From the NCBI GenBank assembly GCA_964604685.1, contig CAZRZS010000001.1, positions 1-55,222 on the forward strand: a stretch of DNA of 55,222 nt, read 5' to 3'. The notes beneath the pieces are model-generated. The model made no database searches. It was given only the letters and a program-made list of their open reading frames with translations, and was not told the DNA's origin. Source of the DNA: an uncultured Gammaproteobacteria bacterium (GTDB taxonomy: Bacteria > Patescibacteriota > Patescibacteriia > Magasanikbacterales > UBA922). Shown piece by piece: positions 25,909-35,452 of this stretch (position 1 is the first letter of the stretch; the number at the start of each line of letters is the position of its first letter). The translations under genes and the position numbers were made by a program.

Positions 25909-27009
25909 TTACCACCAAATTAAACCTCGCACGATAATCCAATAATACAACCACATCAGCGGATTACCTAAATATTTAAGTAAAGGATTTTCCATAGATT
26001 TCTCTTGAAAGTATATACCAGAAACTGCCATTTTTAGCAAGTCTCTATCTCTAATTTTTCTAATTTTCTGGATATATTGCCTTTTTTTTAACCACAATTG
26101 CCAAGAATTTTTCTGTAGCCAATACTTATATACTTTTACTCGTTCTTTAAACCAACCACCTTTGAGGGCAAATAACCACAGACCCAACTCTAAACCCAAA
26201 CCTATGGGTAGGAGCAATAGCAAAGTGGGCCAACGAAAAAACATCAACATCACTCCATAGCGATTGCGCTCCATCCAATAGAACTTCTGAATACTACGGC
26301 TAAATTGATACTTATGATAAAAAATGGAATCTTTAATCAGTACTGATTTAAATCCTGCAATTTTTAATCTAAAGCTATATTCTAAATCTTCATGATACAA
26401 AAAGAAATCTTCATCCCAGAGGCCATACTGTTTTAATAAATCTATCCGCATTAACAAAGCTGCTCCGCTAGCATAGCCAATGTCTTTTATGGCTGGCAAA
26501 TCTAAATCACGGAACTTATACCTGTACTCACTACAAAAACCAAAACCTAAATATTGAAACGAATTACCAGTACTGTTGACTAAGTCTGTTTCCGGATGCA
26601 TCAACATCAATGATTGAGCCACTCCAATAGTTTTGTCTGCTTCCATTACCTCTACCAATGGTTCCAAACTATTAGCTGCCATAAAACCATCATTATTGTG
26701 AAAAAATACATAGTCAAAACCATTTTGTAATGCCCACTTTATCCCTTCATTATTACCACCGGCAAAACCTAAATTTTCTTTTTGGGGTAATAACGTAACA
26801 TGGGGTATCTCATTGCCAGATAAGGGCATCATTGTTTCTTCAATAAATCTAATGGAATGGCCATATTCAGGATGAGGGTTGTCCACAATCACAAACTCTA
26901 ACCTATCTTTAGGATAACTTAATTTACGCAAAGCTGAGACCACATCTTCCATATATGGTTCACAGTGAAAGGACAAATAAATAATAGCAATTTTAGGATA
27001 ATTTTCCAT
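25909..27009 (-). CDS. Glycosyltransferase family 2 (rhamnosyltransferase-like) with a C-terminal TM region
   Basis: VIVDN, GFAGGNN, NNDGF and FLYHEDLEYSFRL. Confidence 0.8.
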   Translation of the reverse strand: MENYPKIAIIYLSFHCEPYMEDVVSALRKLSYPKDRLEFVIVDNPHPEYGHSIRFIEETMMPLSGNEIPHVTLLPQKENLGFAGGNNEGIKWALQNGFDYVFFHNNDGFMAANSLEPLVEVMEADKTIGVAQSLMLMHPETDLVNSTGNSFQYLGFGFCSEYRYKFRDLDLPAIKDIGYASGAALLMRIDLLKQYGLWDEDFFLYHEDLEYSFRLKIAGFKSVLIKDSIFYHKYQFSRSIQKFYWMERNRYGVMLMFFRWPTLLLLLPIGLGLELGLWLFALKGGWFKERVKVYKYWLQKNSWQLWLKKRQYIQKIRKIRDRDLLKMAVSGIYFQEKSMENPLLKYLGNPLMWLYYWIIVRGLIWW

Positions 27010-27010
27010 A

Positions 27011-27850
27011 TCAATATTTGTAATATTTATGATTGCCTCGCCACTTCCACATATATTTTAACCAACTGTATAAATGAATGCGAGTGAGTTTGTTTTTGAA
27101 TAAAGCTTTTATAATCCCTGGAACCTTAGCCGACTCACGGGCATGAACATGCCTAATTTCTATATCATGGAGATAATATACTGGCCAGCCTTTTTCCCAC
27201 ATCTGATGACACCAATCACAATCTTCCAAATACATAAAATATCTCTCATCAAACCAGCCAATTTCATCTACAACTTCTTGACGTACAACCAAAGCGGCAC
27301 CCAATACCCAATCAACTGGTTGAGTTTGCTTATGCTCAAAATCTTTCATCTCCAACTTATCCGCATGTTTCTTCACCCATTTATATTTCTCATCAAAATG
27401 AATATGCTTAAGAGGTTTAATTAAAATTGATGGCAAATCAAAACGATAGCAGGAATACTGCAAAGTCCCATCCATATTTAATAGTTTGGGACCGATGCAA
27501 CCAATCTTGGGATGATTATCCATATATTTGACAATTCGTTCAACCACACGAGAATGTGATGGAATAATCGTATCGCGATTCAAGGCGAAATAATAGCGGG
27601 CAGGCGTGGCTTTAAAACCCGCTGTATTGCCCTTGCCAAAACCAACATTACCACGACAATCTACATATTTAACATCCCGGAACTTAGCCGCCAATTCATC
27701 TTTAATTGTATCTCGATTTTCAGAATTATCTGCCACTGTAATTTGAACACCATAAGGGCAATCTTTTATATCCTCAACCAAAAACTCAACAGCTCTGATA
27801 ATGTCATCTTTCATTAAATAATTTAGAAATACAATATTAATGTCTTTCAT
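27011..27850 (-). CDS. Glycosyltransferase family 2
   Basis: ITVADNSEN, GFGKGN and FMYLEDCDWCHQM. Confidence 0.8.
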   Translation of the reverse strand: MKDINIVFLNYLMKDDIIRAVEFLVEDIKDCPYGVQITVADNSENRDTIKDELAAKFRDVKYVDCRGNVGFGKGNTAGFKATPARYYFALNRDTIIPSHSRVVERIVKYMDNHPKIGCIGPKLLNMDGTLQYSCYRFDLPSILIKPLKHIHFDEKYKWVKKHADKLEMKDFEHKQTQPVDWVLGAALVVRQEVVDEIGWFDERYFMYLEDCDWCHQMWEKGWPVYYLHDIEIRHVHARESAKVPGIIKALFKNKLTRIHLYSWLKYMWKWRGNHKYYKY

Positions 27851-27857
27851 AAATTTT

Positions 27858-28895
27858 TTAAGTAAACCACTGCCGCATCTCCCTCCAAGTTATTTTTCTT
27901 AATTTAAAATTCTCTTTTCTCTTCTTTTTTAATTCTTGTCGCAGGCGCCAAATCTCCCACAAACCTTTTAAAACCTGCCTATCAAATAATAGAAAGCAGA
28001 AAAACTTCTTTACTTCATACCATTTTATGTAGATAAAATCAAGTAGAAAATTCTGCCAATATTCATTTTTATACAAGGTCATTAAATGATTTTTATAACT
28101 TTGATACTTTACCCAAGCAGACTGGTTTTTCTTATTCTGCAAAGCAGCCCTATCTCCCCTCTTCTCTACACCTAAGGCACTACGATCGTGGTAAGCTGCA
28201 GTATCTAATAAAACATAAGCCTTATAACCAGCACTACGTAAACGATAGGCCAAATCAACATCTTCTTTGTATGAGCCAAAAGTCTCGTCAAATAGACCTA
28301 CTTTATCTATAACCACACGACGATACATTGGTAAGGCACCGGAAACACCAAAGACTTCCATGGCCTCACCTTTAGTACGGTGGAATAATTCCAACTTAGC
28401 CTTTTTTTCTTCCCAATTTTTCCCTGCATATTTTTCAATCACCTGGCGACTGCGCAAAACTTTCAAACCCAGAGTATCAATTTGATTAGTAAACTGTTTA
28501 TTAGCAAAATCCCATTTCATCAACCGAGGAGATACTACTGCCACATCTTCATTTTTATCCAAAAACTTCACCATTTTTTCTAGACAATCTTCTCCTAAAT
28601 ACATATCTTGATTCAACAATAAAATATAATCACATTCATAATTCTTAATTCTTAATTCATCATTCAACTGGTTGTGTCCTCCAGCAAAACCTTTATTTTC
28701 CTTATTCACCTCTAACTTACATTCCACTTCTAAACCTTTAATCACTTTCTCTATCTCTGCAACTGTATTATCACTGGAAGCATTGTCTAAAATATATAAT
28801 TGCCAATCTTTTAAAGTTTGCATTTTTAGAGACTCAAATAAATATGGAATATATTTAGCTCCGTTCCAAGTTACTAAATGCACAGATAATTTCAT
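27858..28895 (-). CDS. Glycosyltransferase family 2
   Basis: YILDNASSD, GFAGGHN, LNQDMY and YKEDVDLAYRL. The start is set at ATG 28895 (MKLSVHLVTWNG), just after the upstream stop. Confidence 0.8.
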   Translation of the reverse strand: MKLSVHLVTWNGAKYIPYLFESLKMQTLKDWQLYILDNASSDNTVAEIEKVIKGLEVECKLEVNKENKGFAGGHNQLNDELRIKNYECDYILLLNQDMYLGEDCLEKMVKFLDKNEDVAVVSPRLMKWDFANKQFTNQIDTLGLKVLRSRQVIEKYAGKNWEEKKAKLELFHRTKGEAMEVFGVSGALPMYRRVVIDKVGLFDETFGSYKEDVDLAYRLRSAGYKAYVLLDTAAYHDRSALGVEKRGDRAALQNKKNQSAWVKYQSYKNHLMTLYKNEYWQNFLLDFIYIKWYEVKKFFCFLLFDRQVLKGLWEIWRLRQELKKKRKENFKLRKITWREMRQWFT

Positions 28896-28896
28896 A

Positions 28897-29739
28897 CTAA
28901 TATAGTATATCATTCAACCAAGCTAAACCTAATCCCACTGGCCGTAATAAAGCAATCCATATCCACTTGTAACCCGGCTCCCATTTTTGAAAATATGTTA
29001 GCATGGATCTAGTAAAATTCTTTTGTTTCCAGTAGGTAGCCCGTTTTTTAAAACTCTGGCCAACTAGGTCCACACAGGAAATAATAGGAGTGTACATGAC
29101 TTTGTAGCCCATTTTTTTAACTTCACGGCAGATATCTATATCTTCATACCAAATAAAATAACGAGGGTCAAAAGCCCAACCTAGTTTTTCAATAATTTCC
29201 CGGCGTATTAGCATAAATGAACCGCGCACTGAATCAACTTCTTGTTCTCTGTCTGGGTCAAAATCTTTCATATGATAATGATTTAAAACACTGGGAAAAA
29301 TATGGGGTATCTTTAAAATCAACAATATATCCTCCCAGACTTTAGGGAAGCGCCGTGGTGAGGCCTCAGCATTAAATTTACTACTCTCATCTACCAATTT
29401 ACAACTTACAATCCCCACATCTTTATGCTGATTCAACCAATCAACAATTTTATCCAGACTGCCTTCTTCAACTTTCATATCAGCATTGAGGAATAAGAAA
29501 AACTTGCCCTGAGCAAGTTCTGCAGCCTGATTATTGGCTGTTCCAAAACCCTTGTTAGCCTGGTTTCTAATTAATTTAACACCTAAATTCTCAACCACTT
29601 GGCAAGTTTTATCAGTGGAAGCATTGTCAACCACAATTTGTTCATAGGCAATACGCCTACAACCAGAAATAACTGAACGGATCTGTCCAGCTATATGTTT
29701 ATCACAATTCCACGTGACCGTAATCACTGACAAATCCAT
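28897..29739 (-). CDS. Glycosyltransferase family 2
   Basis: SVITVTWN, VVDNASTD, GFGTANN, LNADM and WYEDIDICRE. Confidence 0.8.
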   Translation of the reverse strand: MDLSVITVTWNCDKHIAGQIRSVISGCRRIAYEQIVVDNASTDKTCQVVENLGVKLIRNQANKGFGTANNQAAELAQGKFFLFLNADMKVEEGSLDKIVDWLNQHKDVGIVSCKLVDESSKFNAEASPRRFPKVWEDILLILKIPHIFPSVLNHYHMKDFDPDREQEVDSVRGSFMLIRREIIEKLGWAFDPRYFIWYEDIDICREVKKMGYKVMYTPIISCVDLVGQSFKKRATYWKQKNFTRSMLTYFQKWEPGYKWIWIALLRPVGLGLAWLNDILY

Positions 29740-29752
29740 AACCTTAATTTGT

Positions 29753-30013
29753 TTAGGCTTTAGAAACTAGAGCACCTGGTTTGGTTGGCTGTGACACCTT
29801 AATGGCCACTTCGGCACCTTTACTAGCCTTTTGAACCTCTTCATGATCAATTTGCATTGATCTGATAGTCTCCTCAAATTCACCCTCGCCGCGTGACACC
29901 TTAATTGTATCACCCACCTTAACTTTGCCAGTCAAAGCCACCACTATAACTCCGATTTTATCGAAGTAATGTATGACCTTGCCTAGTTCTTTGCTACCAC
30001 CAAATAATCCCAT
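29753..30013 (-). CDS. Small EF-Tu domain-2-like beta-barrel protein (translation elongation factor-like protein)
   Basis: The pattern GKVIHYFDKIGVIVVALTGKVKVGDTIKV..GE.EFEETIRSMQIDHEEV in an 86-aa protein. Confidence 0.5.
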   Translation of the reverse strand: MGLFGGSKELGKVIHYFDKIGVIVVALTGKVKVGDTIKVSRGEGEFEETIRSMQIDHEEVQKASKGAEVAIKVSQPTKPGALVSKA

Positions 30014-30034
30014 ATGAATTAATTAATAATAATA

Positions 30035-31111
30035 TTATTTTTTCATTTTTTGTTTAAAATAATTTACGTAAGGAATAAGATTAGGATCAATACCCTTTAA
30101 CAAGGCTGCATAATACCCAACATAACTGCTTAAAACCAAAACTTCAATCATTTGCAAAACTTTATCTTTTTCTTGACATAAATATTTATCATAACAAATA
30201 TTATTTTTCTGTAAAATCTGTTCAGTTATTTTATATCTCTTCTGGACTCTTTCGTCATAGAGTTTTGATTCTAATAATACAAACAATAAATTTCTCTGGT
30301 TGCTACTGGGATTATCAATGCCTTCAAGTAAATGATGATTCAATTCTGGAATAAGGAAATACCCAGCAAAGCGTTTACCATTTTCATTCATTTGATTAGC
30401 CGCCACATGAGTATTGCCAACTAAATGTTCTGAACCAATATACCAGACACTTCTTCTATTTGTTAATTTGGCCAATTGTTTAGCTAAATTTTCCTTACTA
30501 AGAGTTAAAACTCCAAACTTAGTATCATACAAAGCCGCAGTTTTAATCATGGCTTTAATTTGTGATTGAGAAAATTTTAGTATTCCAGTTTTAGCCCACA
30601 ATAATAGATGACCAACAATCATATAGCCCAAACCCATCCGTGGCTGCCTACAAGGATTATTTTCTGTACTAAATATCAAAGCTGGCACTGACTGCGCTTT
30701 TGCCCAAGCCACTAACTTATTACCCGAAGCAATCACCAAAAGTTTTGTTTTTTTTTGTTTGGCTTCTCTAGCGCTACTCAAGACTTCCTCAGTTGTACCT
30801 GAATAACTAGAAGCAATCACCAAAGTCTTATTATTAACATAGCCAGGCAAATGATAATCACCAACTATCTCAACAGGTACTTTTAATTCTTTACTAAACA
30901 AAGTTTTAACTACATGAGCACAAAGAGCTGAACCACCCATGCCCAAAATCAGCACCTTGTCTATTTTTTTGTAACTAATTGGCAGTTTGACAGCTTTAAC
31001 TTGTTGACATATCTGCCGGATTTGATTGCTAAGCAACTGCAAACTAGCTAACATATCTTGAGAATCCAGCTTCTTAATAGCAACTAAATCGTCTAAAATT
31101 GGCTTGGCCAT
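30035..31111 (-). CDS. SIS-domain bifunctional phosphoglucose/phosphomannose isomerase-like protein
   Basis: LILGMGGSA and ASSYSGTTEE are SIS motifs. The length of 358 aa fits the family. Confidence 0.6.
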   Translation of the reverse strand: MAKPILDDLVAIKKLDSQDMLASLQLLSNQIRQICQQVKAVKLPISYKKIDKVLILGMGGSALCAHVVKTLFSKELKVPVEIVGDYHLPGYVNNKTLVIASSYSGTTEEVLSSAREAKQKKTKLLVIASGNKLVAWAKAQSVPALIFSTENNPCRQPRMGLGYMIVGHLLLWAKTGILKFSQSQIKAMIKTAALYDTKFGVLTLSKENLAKQLAKLTNRRSVWYIGSEHLVGNTHVAANQMNENGKRFAGYFLIPELNHHLLEGIDNPSSNQRNLLFVLLESKLYDERVQKRYKITEQILQKNNICYDKYLCQEKDKVLQMIEVLVLSSYVGYYAALLKGIDPNLIPYVNYFKQKMKK

Positions 31112-31204
31112 AGTTAAATGTTGTAAATACTACTTTAGTATCTTAGCAAAAAACGAGAATAAAAGCAAAAACAGCCCTATCAGACTGCTAGTTTAACTAT
31201 TAAA

Positions 31205-32062
31205 TTATGATATTAACAAATACTCTGCTAAAGCCTCCTGCCAAATTCTCTGCTTAGATAACTTGGTATTTATCAGTTCGGCATACTTAGGCCGTTTGGC
31301 TGGATAGGAAAAATTTTCAGCTGATACTGGATTACATTTTACCTCTAAACCTTTTATCTTAAAGATCTCCTGAGCAAATTCATACCAATTACAACTGCCA
31401 CTATTGGCACCATGGTAAATACCAAAGGATTGTTTTCCAATCAGAAGCTGGTTAGTTAATTTTGCCAAATCTAAACTATAAGTTGGACAGCTCATACCTT
31501 CGGCTACCAAATCAAGTTCAGTTTTACCTTTTTTTTCTACCAAATCAAGCATTATACCCACAAAACTTTTTTTACTCATTGCACTTTGCTCCATTGGCCC
31601 AAACAAACGTGACAAACGAATTAAATAATATTTTTTAGCCTCAACTTGCACCATTTTTTCACCCAATAATTTAGTTTCACCATATTTATTTACTGGAGAA
31701 GTTTCCGCTGCTTCTACATAGCCTTCTTTGTTATCACCAGCAAAAACATATTCCGAAGAATAGTGAACTAAAATACTATCCAATTCATTGCAGACTTGGG
31801 CTAAATATTTCAAAGCTTGACCATTAACTTTTTCAGCCAATACATAATCAACTTCATTTTCCTCAATTTTATCCACGGCATTATAGGCAGCAGCGTTAAT
31901 CACAACCTCGGGATGCAGAGCCAATAATTTTTCTTTAACCTGTGTCTCTGCTGTTATGTCCAAATCTACACTGTCCCAAGCTATGACTTCATTGCCTGGA
32001 CTAAACTCCTTGCTAAGAGCTAAACCTAATCTACCTCTAGCGCCTAAAATAATTATCCTCAT
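31205..32062 (-). CDS. rfbD: dTDP-4-dehydrorhamnose reductase
   Basis: MRIIILGARGRLG and INAAAY..VD..E. The Y..xK catalytic pair lies in NKYGETK. Confidence 0.85.
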   Translation of the reverse strand: MRIIILGARGRLGLALSKEFSPGNEVIAWDSVDLDITAETQVKEKLLALHPEVVINAAAYNAVDKIEENEVDYVLAEKVNGQALKYLAQVCNELDSILVHYSSEYVFAGDNKEGYVEAAETSPVNKYGETKLLGEKMVQVEAKKYYLIRLSRLFGPMEQSAMSKKSFVGIMLDLVEKKGKTELDLVAEGMSCPTYSLDLAKLTNQLLIGKQSFGIYHGANSGSCNWYEFAQEIFKIKGLEVKCNPVSAENFSYPAKRPKYAELINTKLSKQRIWQEALAEYLLIS

Positions 32063-32466
32063 AAATTTTTCAAAGTCTCTTGAAACAAGGCATAATCTTC
32101 AATATAGTCGGAGCGGTCAGGATTGTAATTGGTTGAACTCAAAGCCAATAAAATTGCGTCAGCGGAAAAATCTTTAAATTGATGCCAAACGTATGTTGGA
32201 ACATAGAGAGCAGCCATGGGCGCAGTCAAAACAATTTCTTCTAGTCCCTGACCCTGGTCAATCACTGCCGTACAACTACCCTGGACCATAATAAAAAACT
32301 CCTCCTCCACTTTATGACAATGCGCGCCCGTAGCTTCTTTGGGCTCAGTGATAAAATATATACGTTTCACTAGGAAGTCTATAAACTCTTTTAGCTCCAC
32401 TGGGCTCATGGCAAAGCGCGGTGTGTCTATTTTTTTGAGTTCAAATTGTTTGTATCCTTTAGACAT
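32059..32466 (-). CDS. WxcM/FdtA-like cupin (sugar 3,4-ketoisomerase family)
   Basis: GAHCHKVEEEFFIMVQGS..., YVPTYVWHQF and LLALSSTNYNPDRSDYIEDYALF resemble FdtA/QdtA rather than RmlC. Confidence 0.6.
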   Translation of the reverse strand: MSKGYKQFELKKIDTPRFAMSPVELKEFIDFLVKRIYFITEPKEATGAHCHKVEEEFFIMVQGSCTAVIDQGQGLEEIVLTAPMAALYVPTYVWHQFKDFSADAILLALSSTNYNPDRSDYIEDYALFQETLKNL

Positions 32467-32483
32467 ATAGACATAAATTAATT

Positions 32484-33536
32484 TTAAGTAGCTGACTGCA
32501 TTTGTTTATCAGAACGCTGTAAATTGTCCTGAAATTTATTCATCTCATCTTTTTTCTTAAATAATTTTTCCACCCAAACGGTATTGGTCTGGTACCACTT
32601 AATTGTCTCCATCAAACCTTGGTTAAATTTCTCTTTAGGGTAATCAAGCGCCAAGCCTAGTTTTTTAATTTTAGTGGCATCAATGGCATATCTACGATCA
32701 TGCCCAGGCCTATCAGTCACATACTCAATCATCTCTTCACCTTTTCCCATAACCTGTAAAATCATTTTAGTCAAATCTAAATTACTGCGTTCATTGTCTG
32801 CCCCCACATTATATATCTCACCTGGGTTACCTTTGTGTAACATGAGATCCAAAGCTTTGGCGTGATCAAGCACATGGATCCAATCACGAATATTTAAACC
32901 ATCGCCATAGACCGGCACTTTTTCACCTTTCAGCAGTCTAAAAACAAAAAAAGGAATAATTTTTTCAGGAAATTGGTATGGCCCATAATTATTAGAACAA
33001 TGAGTTACCACCACCGGCACCTTATGCGTGACAAAATATGCATTGCACATCAAATCACCACCGGCCTTGGCAGCCGCATAAGGCATATTAGGCCAAATCG
33101 GCGTACTCTCAATAAATTTTTTCTCTTCCTCAAGAGCCAACGCGCCGTAAACTTCATCAGTAGAGACATTGACGAACTTCTCTACGTCATTTAAGCGCAC
33201 GGCATCCAAAAGCATCTGCACGCCCAACATATTAGTTAAAACAAAATCCTTGCAACCACCATGAATTGAACGATCAACATGGGTTTCCGCCGCAAAGTTT
33301 ATGACATGATCAATTTTATTTTCCTTGATAACTTGATTCAATTTGTCCAAATCAATGATATCACCCTGCACAAACTTGTAATGTGGATTATCCTCAACAT
33401 CACGCAAATTGTCCAAATTACCAGCATAGGTAAGTTTGTCGTAATTAACTATCTGATAATCAGGATACTTATTTAAAATATAACGAACAAAATTAGAACC
33501 AATAAAGCCCGCCCCACCACAAATAAGTAATTTCAT
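32484..33536 (-). CDS. rfbB: dTDP-glucose 4,6-dehydratase
   Basis: LICGGAGFIGSNFVRY, NYDKLTYAGN, STDEVYG and YAAAKA. Confidence 0.93.
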   Translation of the reverse strand: MKLLICGGAGFIGSNFVRYILNKYPDYQIVNYDKLTYAGNLDNLRDVEDNPHYKFVQGDIIDLDKLNQVIKENKIDHVINFAAETHVDRSIHGGCKDFVLTNMLGVQMLLDAVRLNDVEKFVNVSTDEVYGALALEEEKKFIESTPIWPNMPYAAAKAGGDLMCNAYFVTHKVPVVVTHCSNNYGPYQFPEKIIPFFVFRLLKGEKVPVYGDGLNIRDWIHVLDHAKALDLMLHKGNPGEIYNVGADNERSNLDLTKMILQVMGKGEEMIEYVTDRPGHDRRYAIDATKIKKLGLALDYPKEKFNQGLMETIKWYQTNTVWVEKLFKKKDEMNKFQDNLQRSDKQMQSAT

Positions 33537-34459
33537 ATTTTATTTTTACTAGCTAAATATTTTTTTAAATCAATTAAGGCTCCATCATAATGGTAAGCAA
33601 TATCTGCTGGTAAATTATCAAGAGAAAAATACTTAAATTCGTCCATTTCAATATTTTTGAGAAAATTTTGTGAGTCTATTTTAACAAAATATAGTGCCAC
33701 TACCCGATGAAAACGTTCTGACTGGCCACGATCGGAGTAGATATGAAAGAGTTCTTCCACCTCTGCCCCTACTCCCAATTCTTCTCTCAACTCGCGTTTC
33801 AGGCAGGCATGCACTTCTTCAATCCAAGTCATATGCCCACCTGGCAAATCCCAATAACCAACTTCTGGTTTTTGTATTCGTCTACCCAATAAAATCTCGT
33901 TATTCTCATTTAAAATCAAAGATTTGACGACAAAATGGACATAGTCATGGCGGATAAAGTTGAAATCTTTGCCGTAATAATCAGTAAAATGAGTTCTTTC
34001 AAGAGGAATTAATTTGCCGGCTAATTTCTTTTCTTTATATATTTTTAAGATGGTTTGATGGTCAAAGGCTCTAATCTTTTTAATGGCCTCGTCAATTTCA
34101 AACCATCTAATCTCATCAATCTCATCTGTCACCTTAAATTCATCAGCCACTAAAACTGTTTCAAAAACTATCTGTACGACATAAAATCTTGGATCAGCTG
34201 GCGGGTCAATATATGGATCACCAATAACAGTAACTAAATTTATCAGTTTAGCAGTAAAACCAGTTTCTTCTTTTAATTCACGCAAAGCTGCCATTTCCAC
34301 ATTGTTATCAAACATCTCCATCCGCCCACCAATTAGTCCCCACTTGCCATTGTCTGGTTCAATACTCCTTCTGCCCAACAGTACTTGACCCGTCTCATTA
34401 ATAATCACATTTATGGCTGAAACTACTGGATGATCATTTTGTTCAGTAAAACGCGGCAT
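33533..34459 (-). CDS. Tandem double-Nudix hydrolase
   Basis: Two Nudix boxes: GGRMEMFDNNVEMAALRELKEETG and PGGHMTWIEEVHACLKRELREELG. There is a 4-nt overlap with the rfbB start. Confidence 0.85.
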   Translation of the reverse strand: MPRFTEQNDHPVVSAINVIINETGQVLLGRRSIEPDNGKWGLIGGRMEMFDNNVEMAALRELKEETGFTAKLINLVTVIGDPYIDPPADPRFYVVQIVFETVLVADEFKVTDEIDEIRWFEIDEAIKKIRAFDHQTILKIYKEKKLAGKLIPLERTHFTDYYGKDFNFIRHDYVHFVVKSLILNENNEILLGRRIQKPEVGYWDLPGGHMTWIEEVHACLKRELREELGVGAEVEELFHIYSDRGQSERFHRVVALYFVKIDSQNFLKNIEMDEFKYFSLDNLPADIAYHYDGALIDLKKYLASKNKI

Positions 34460-34469
34460 ATAAATCTAA

Positions 34470-35015
34470 TTAATTTTTATGTAAAAAAAGATGATGTACC
34501 AAAGCCCAAGCAGCCATAGTTTGGCCATCCCAAATTTCATTTTTGCGAATCATTTCATCAATTTCATCCGGACGACGATAAATTACTTCCAATTCTTCAG
34601 TTTCATCAAGCTGGGCTTCTTTTTGTTTCACTACCTGAGCTAAAAAAACATGAGATTTATCTCTCAATATGCCATTACTAGCCTGAAATTCACCTAATTT
34701 AACATAATCATCAGCTATACAGCCAGTTTCTTCAAACAATTCCCGTTTCGCCGCCTCTAAAGGAGAATTGTCTTCACCAATACCACCAGCAGGAAATTCA
34801 ATACTCTGTTTATCATCCAGATAACGATACTGCAAAACTAAAACTATGCAATCATCAGACAAAACTGGTACTACAATAGCCATGCCAGCTTTAGTTTCTC
34901 CATAATAATATTCACCTTTCAAACCATGACTATTTTCAAAAACATCATGCTTGTATTGCCACCAAGGATTTTGATGAATTATTTCTTCAGATATCTTTTT
35001 AGCATGTTTTGACAT
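34470..35015 (-). CDS. Nudix hydrolase (ADP-ribose/NDP-sugar pyrophosphatase-like)
   Basis: The Nudix box is PAGGIGEDNSPLEAAKRELFEETG. The start is set at ATG 35015 (MSKHAKK), just after the HIT gene stop. Confidence 0.85.
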   Translation of the reverse strand: MSKHAKKISEEIIHQNPWWQYKHDVFENSHGLKGEYYYGETKAGMAIVVPVLSDDCIVLVLQYRYLDDKQSIEFPAGGIGEDNSPLEAAKRELFEETGCIADDYVKLGEFQASNGILRDKSHVFLAQVVKQKEAQLDETEELEVIYRRPDEIDEMIRKNEIWDGQTMAAWALVHHLFLHKN

Positions 35016-35016
35016 A

Positions 35017-35433
35017 TTATTTAAAAAGTTTGAATAACTCCTCGACTGATTTACTTCCAGGGTTATTGACAATTGAATGAATATTACCACCGCCATCACC
35101 TAAATAACGAGGTAGGATGTGAATATGTAAATGAGGAATAGCTTGTCCGGCCATTTCGCCATGATTAATACCTAGATTATACCCCTCTGGTTGCAAAACC
35201 TGGTCTAATTTTTCTTGCACGATTTTTACACCCTTAAATAAGGGACCAATTAATTCTTCATTCAAATCCAACAAAGTTTCGGCATGGACTTTAGGAATAA
35301 CAACAGTATGGCCTTTGGCATGAGGGTTAATATCTAAAAAAGCTAAAACTTTGTTGTCTTCATAGACTCTATAGTTTGGTATTTCACCTTTAATAATTTT
35401 ACAAAAAATGCAGTCTTGCATATGTTTATACAT
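35017..35433 (-). CDS. HIT family nucleotide hydrolase/transferase
   Basis: CIFCKII and the histidine triad HLHIHILPR. Confidence 0.9.
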   Translation of the reverse strand: MYKHMQDCIFCKIIKGEIPNYRVYEDNKVLAFLDINPHAKGHTVVIPKVHAETLLDLNEELIGPLFKGVKIVQEKLDQVLQPEGYNLGINHGEMAGQAIPHLHIHILPRYLGDGGGNIHSIVNNPGSKSVEELFKLFK

Positions 35434-35452
35434 AAAGCTATGTTAGCTTACC

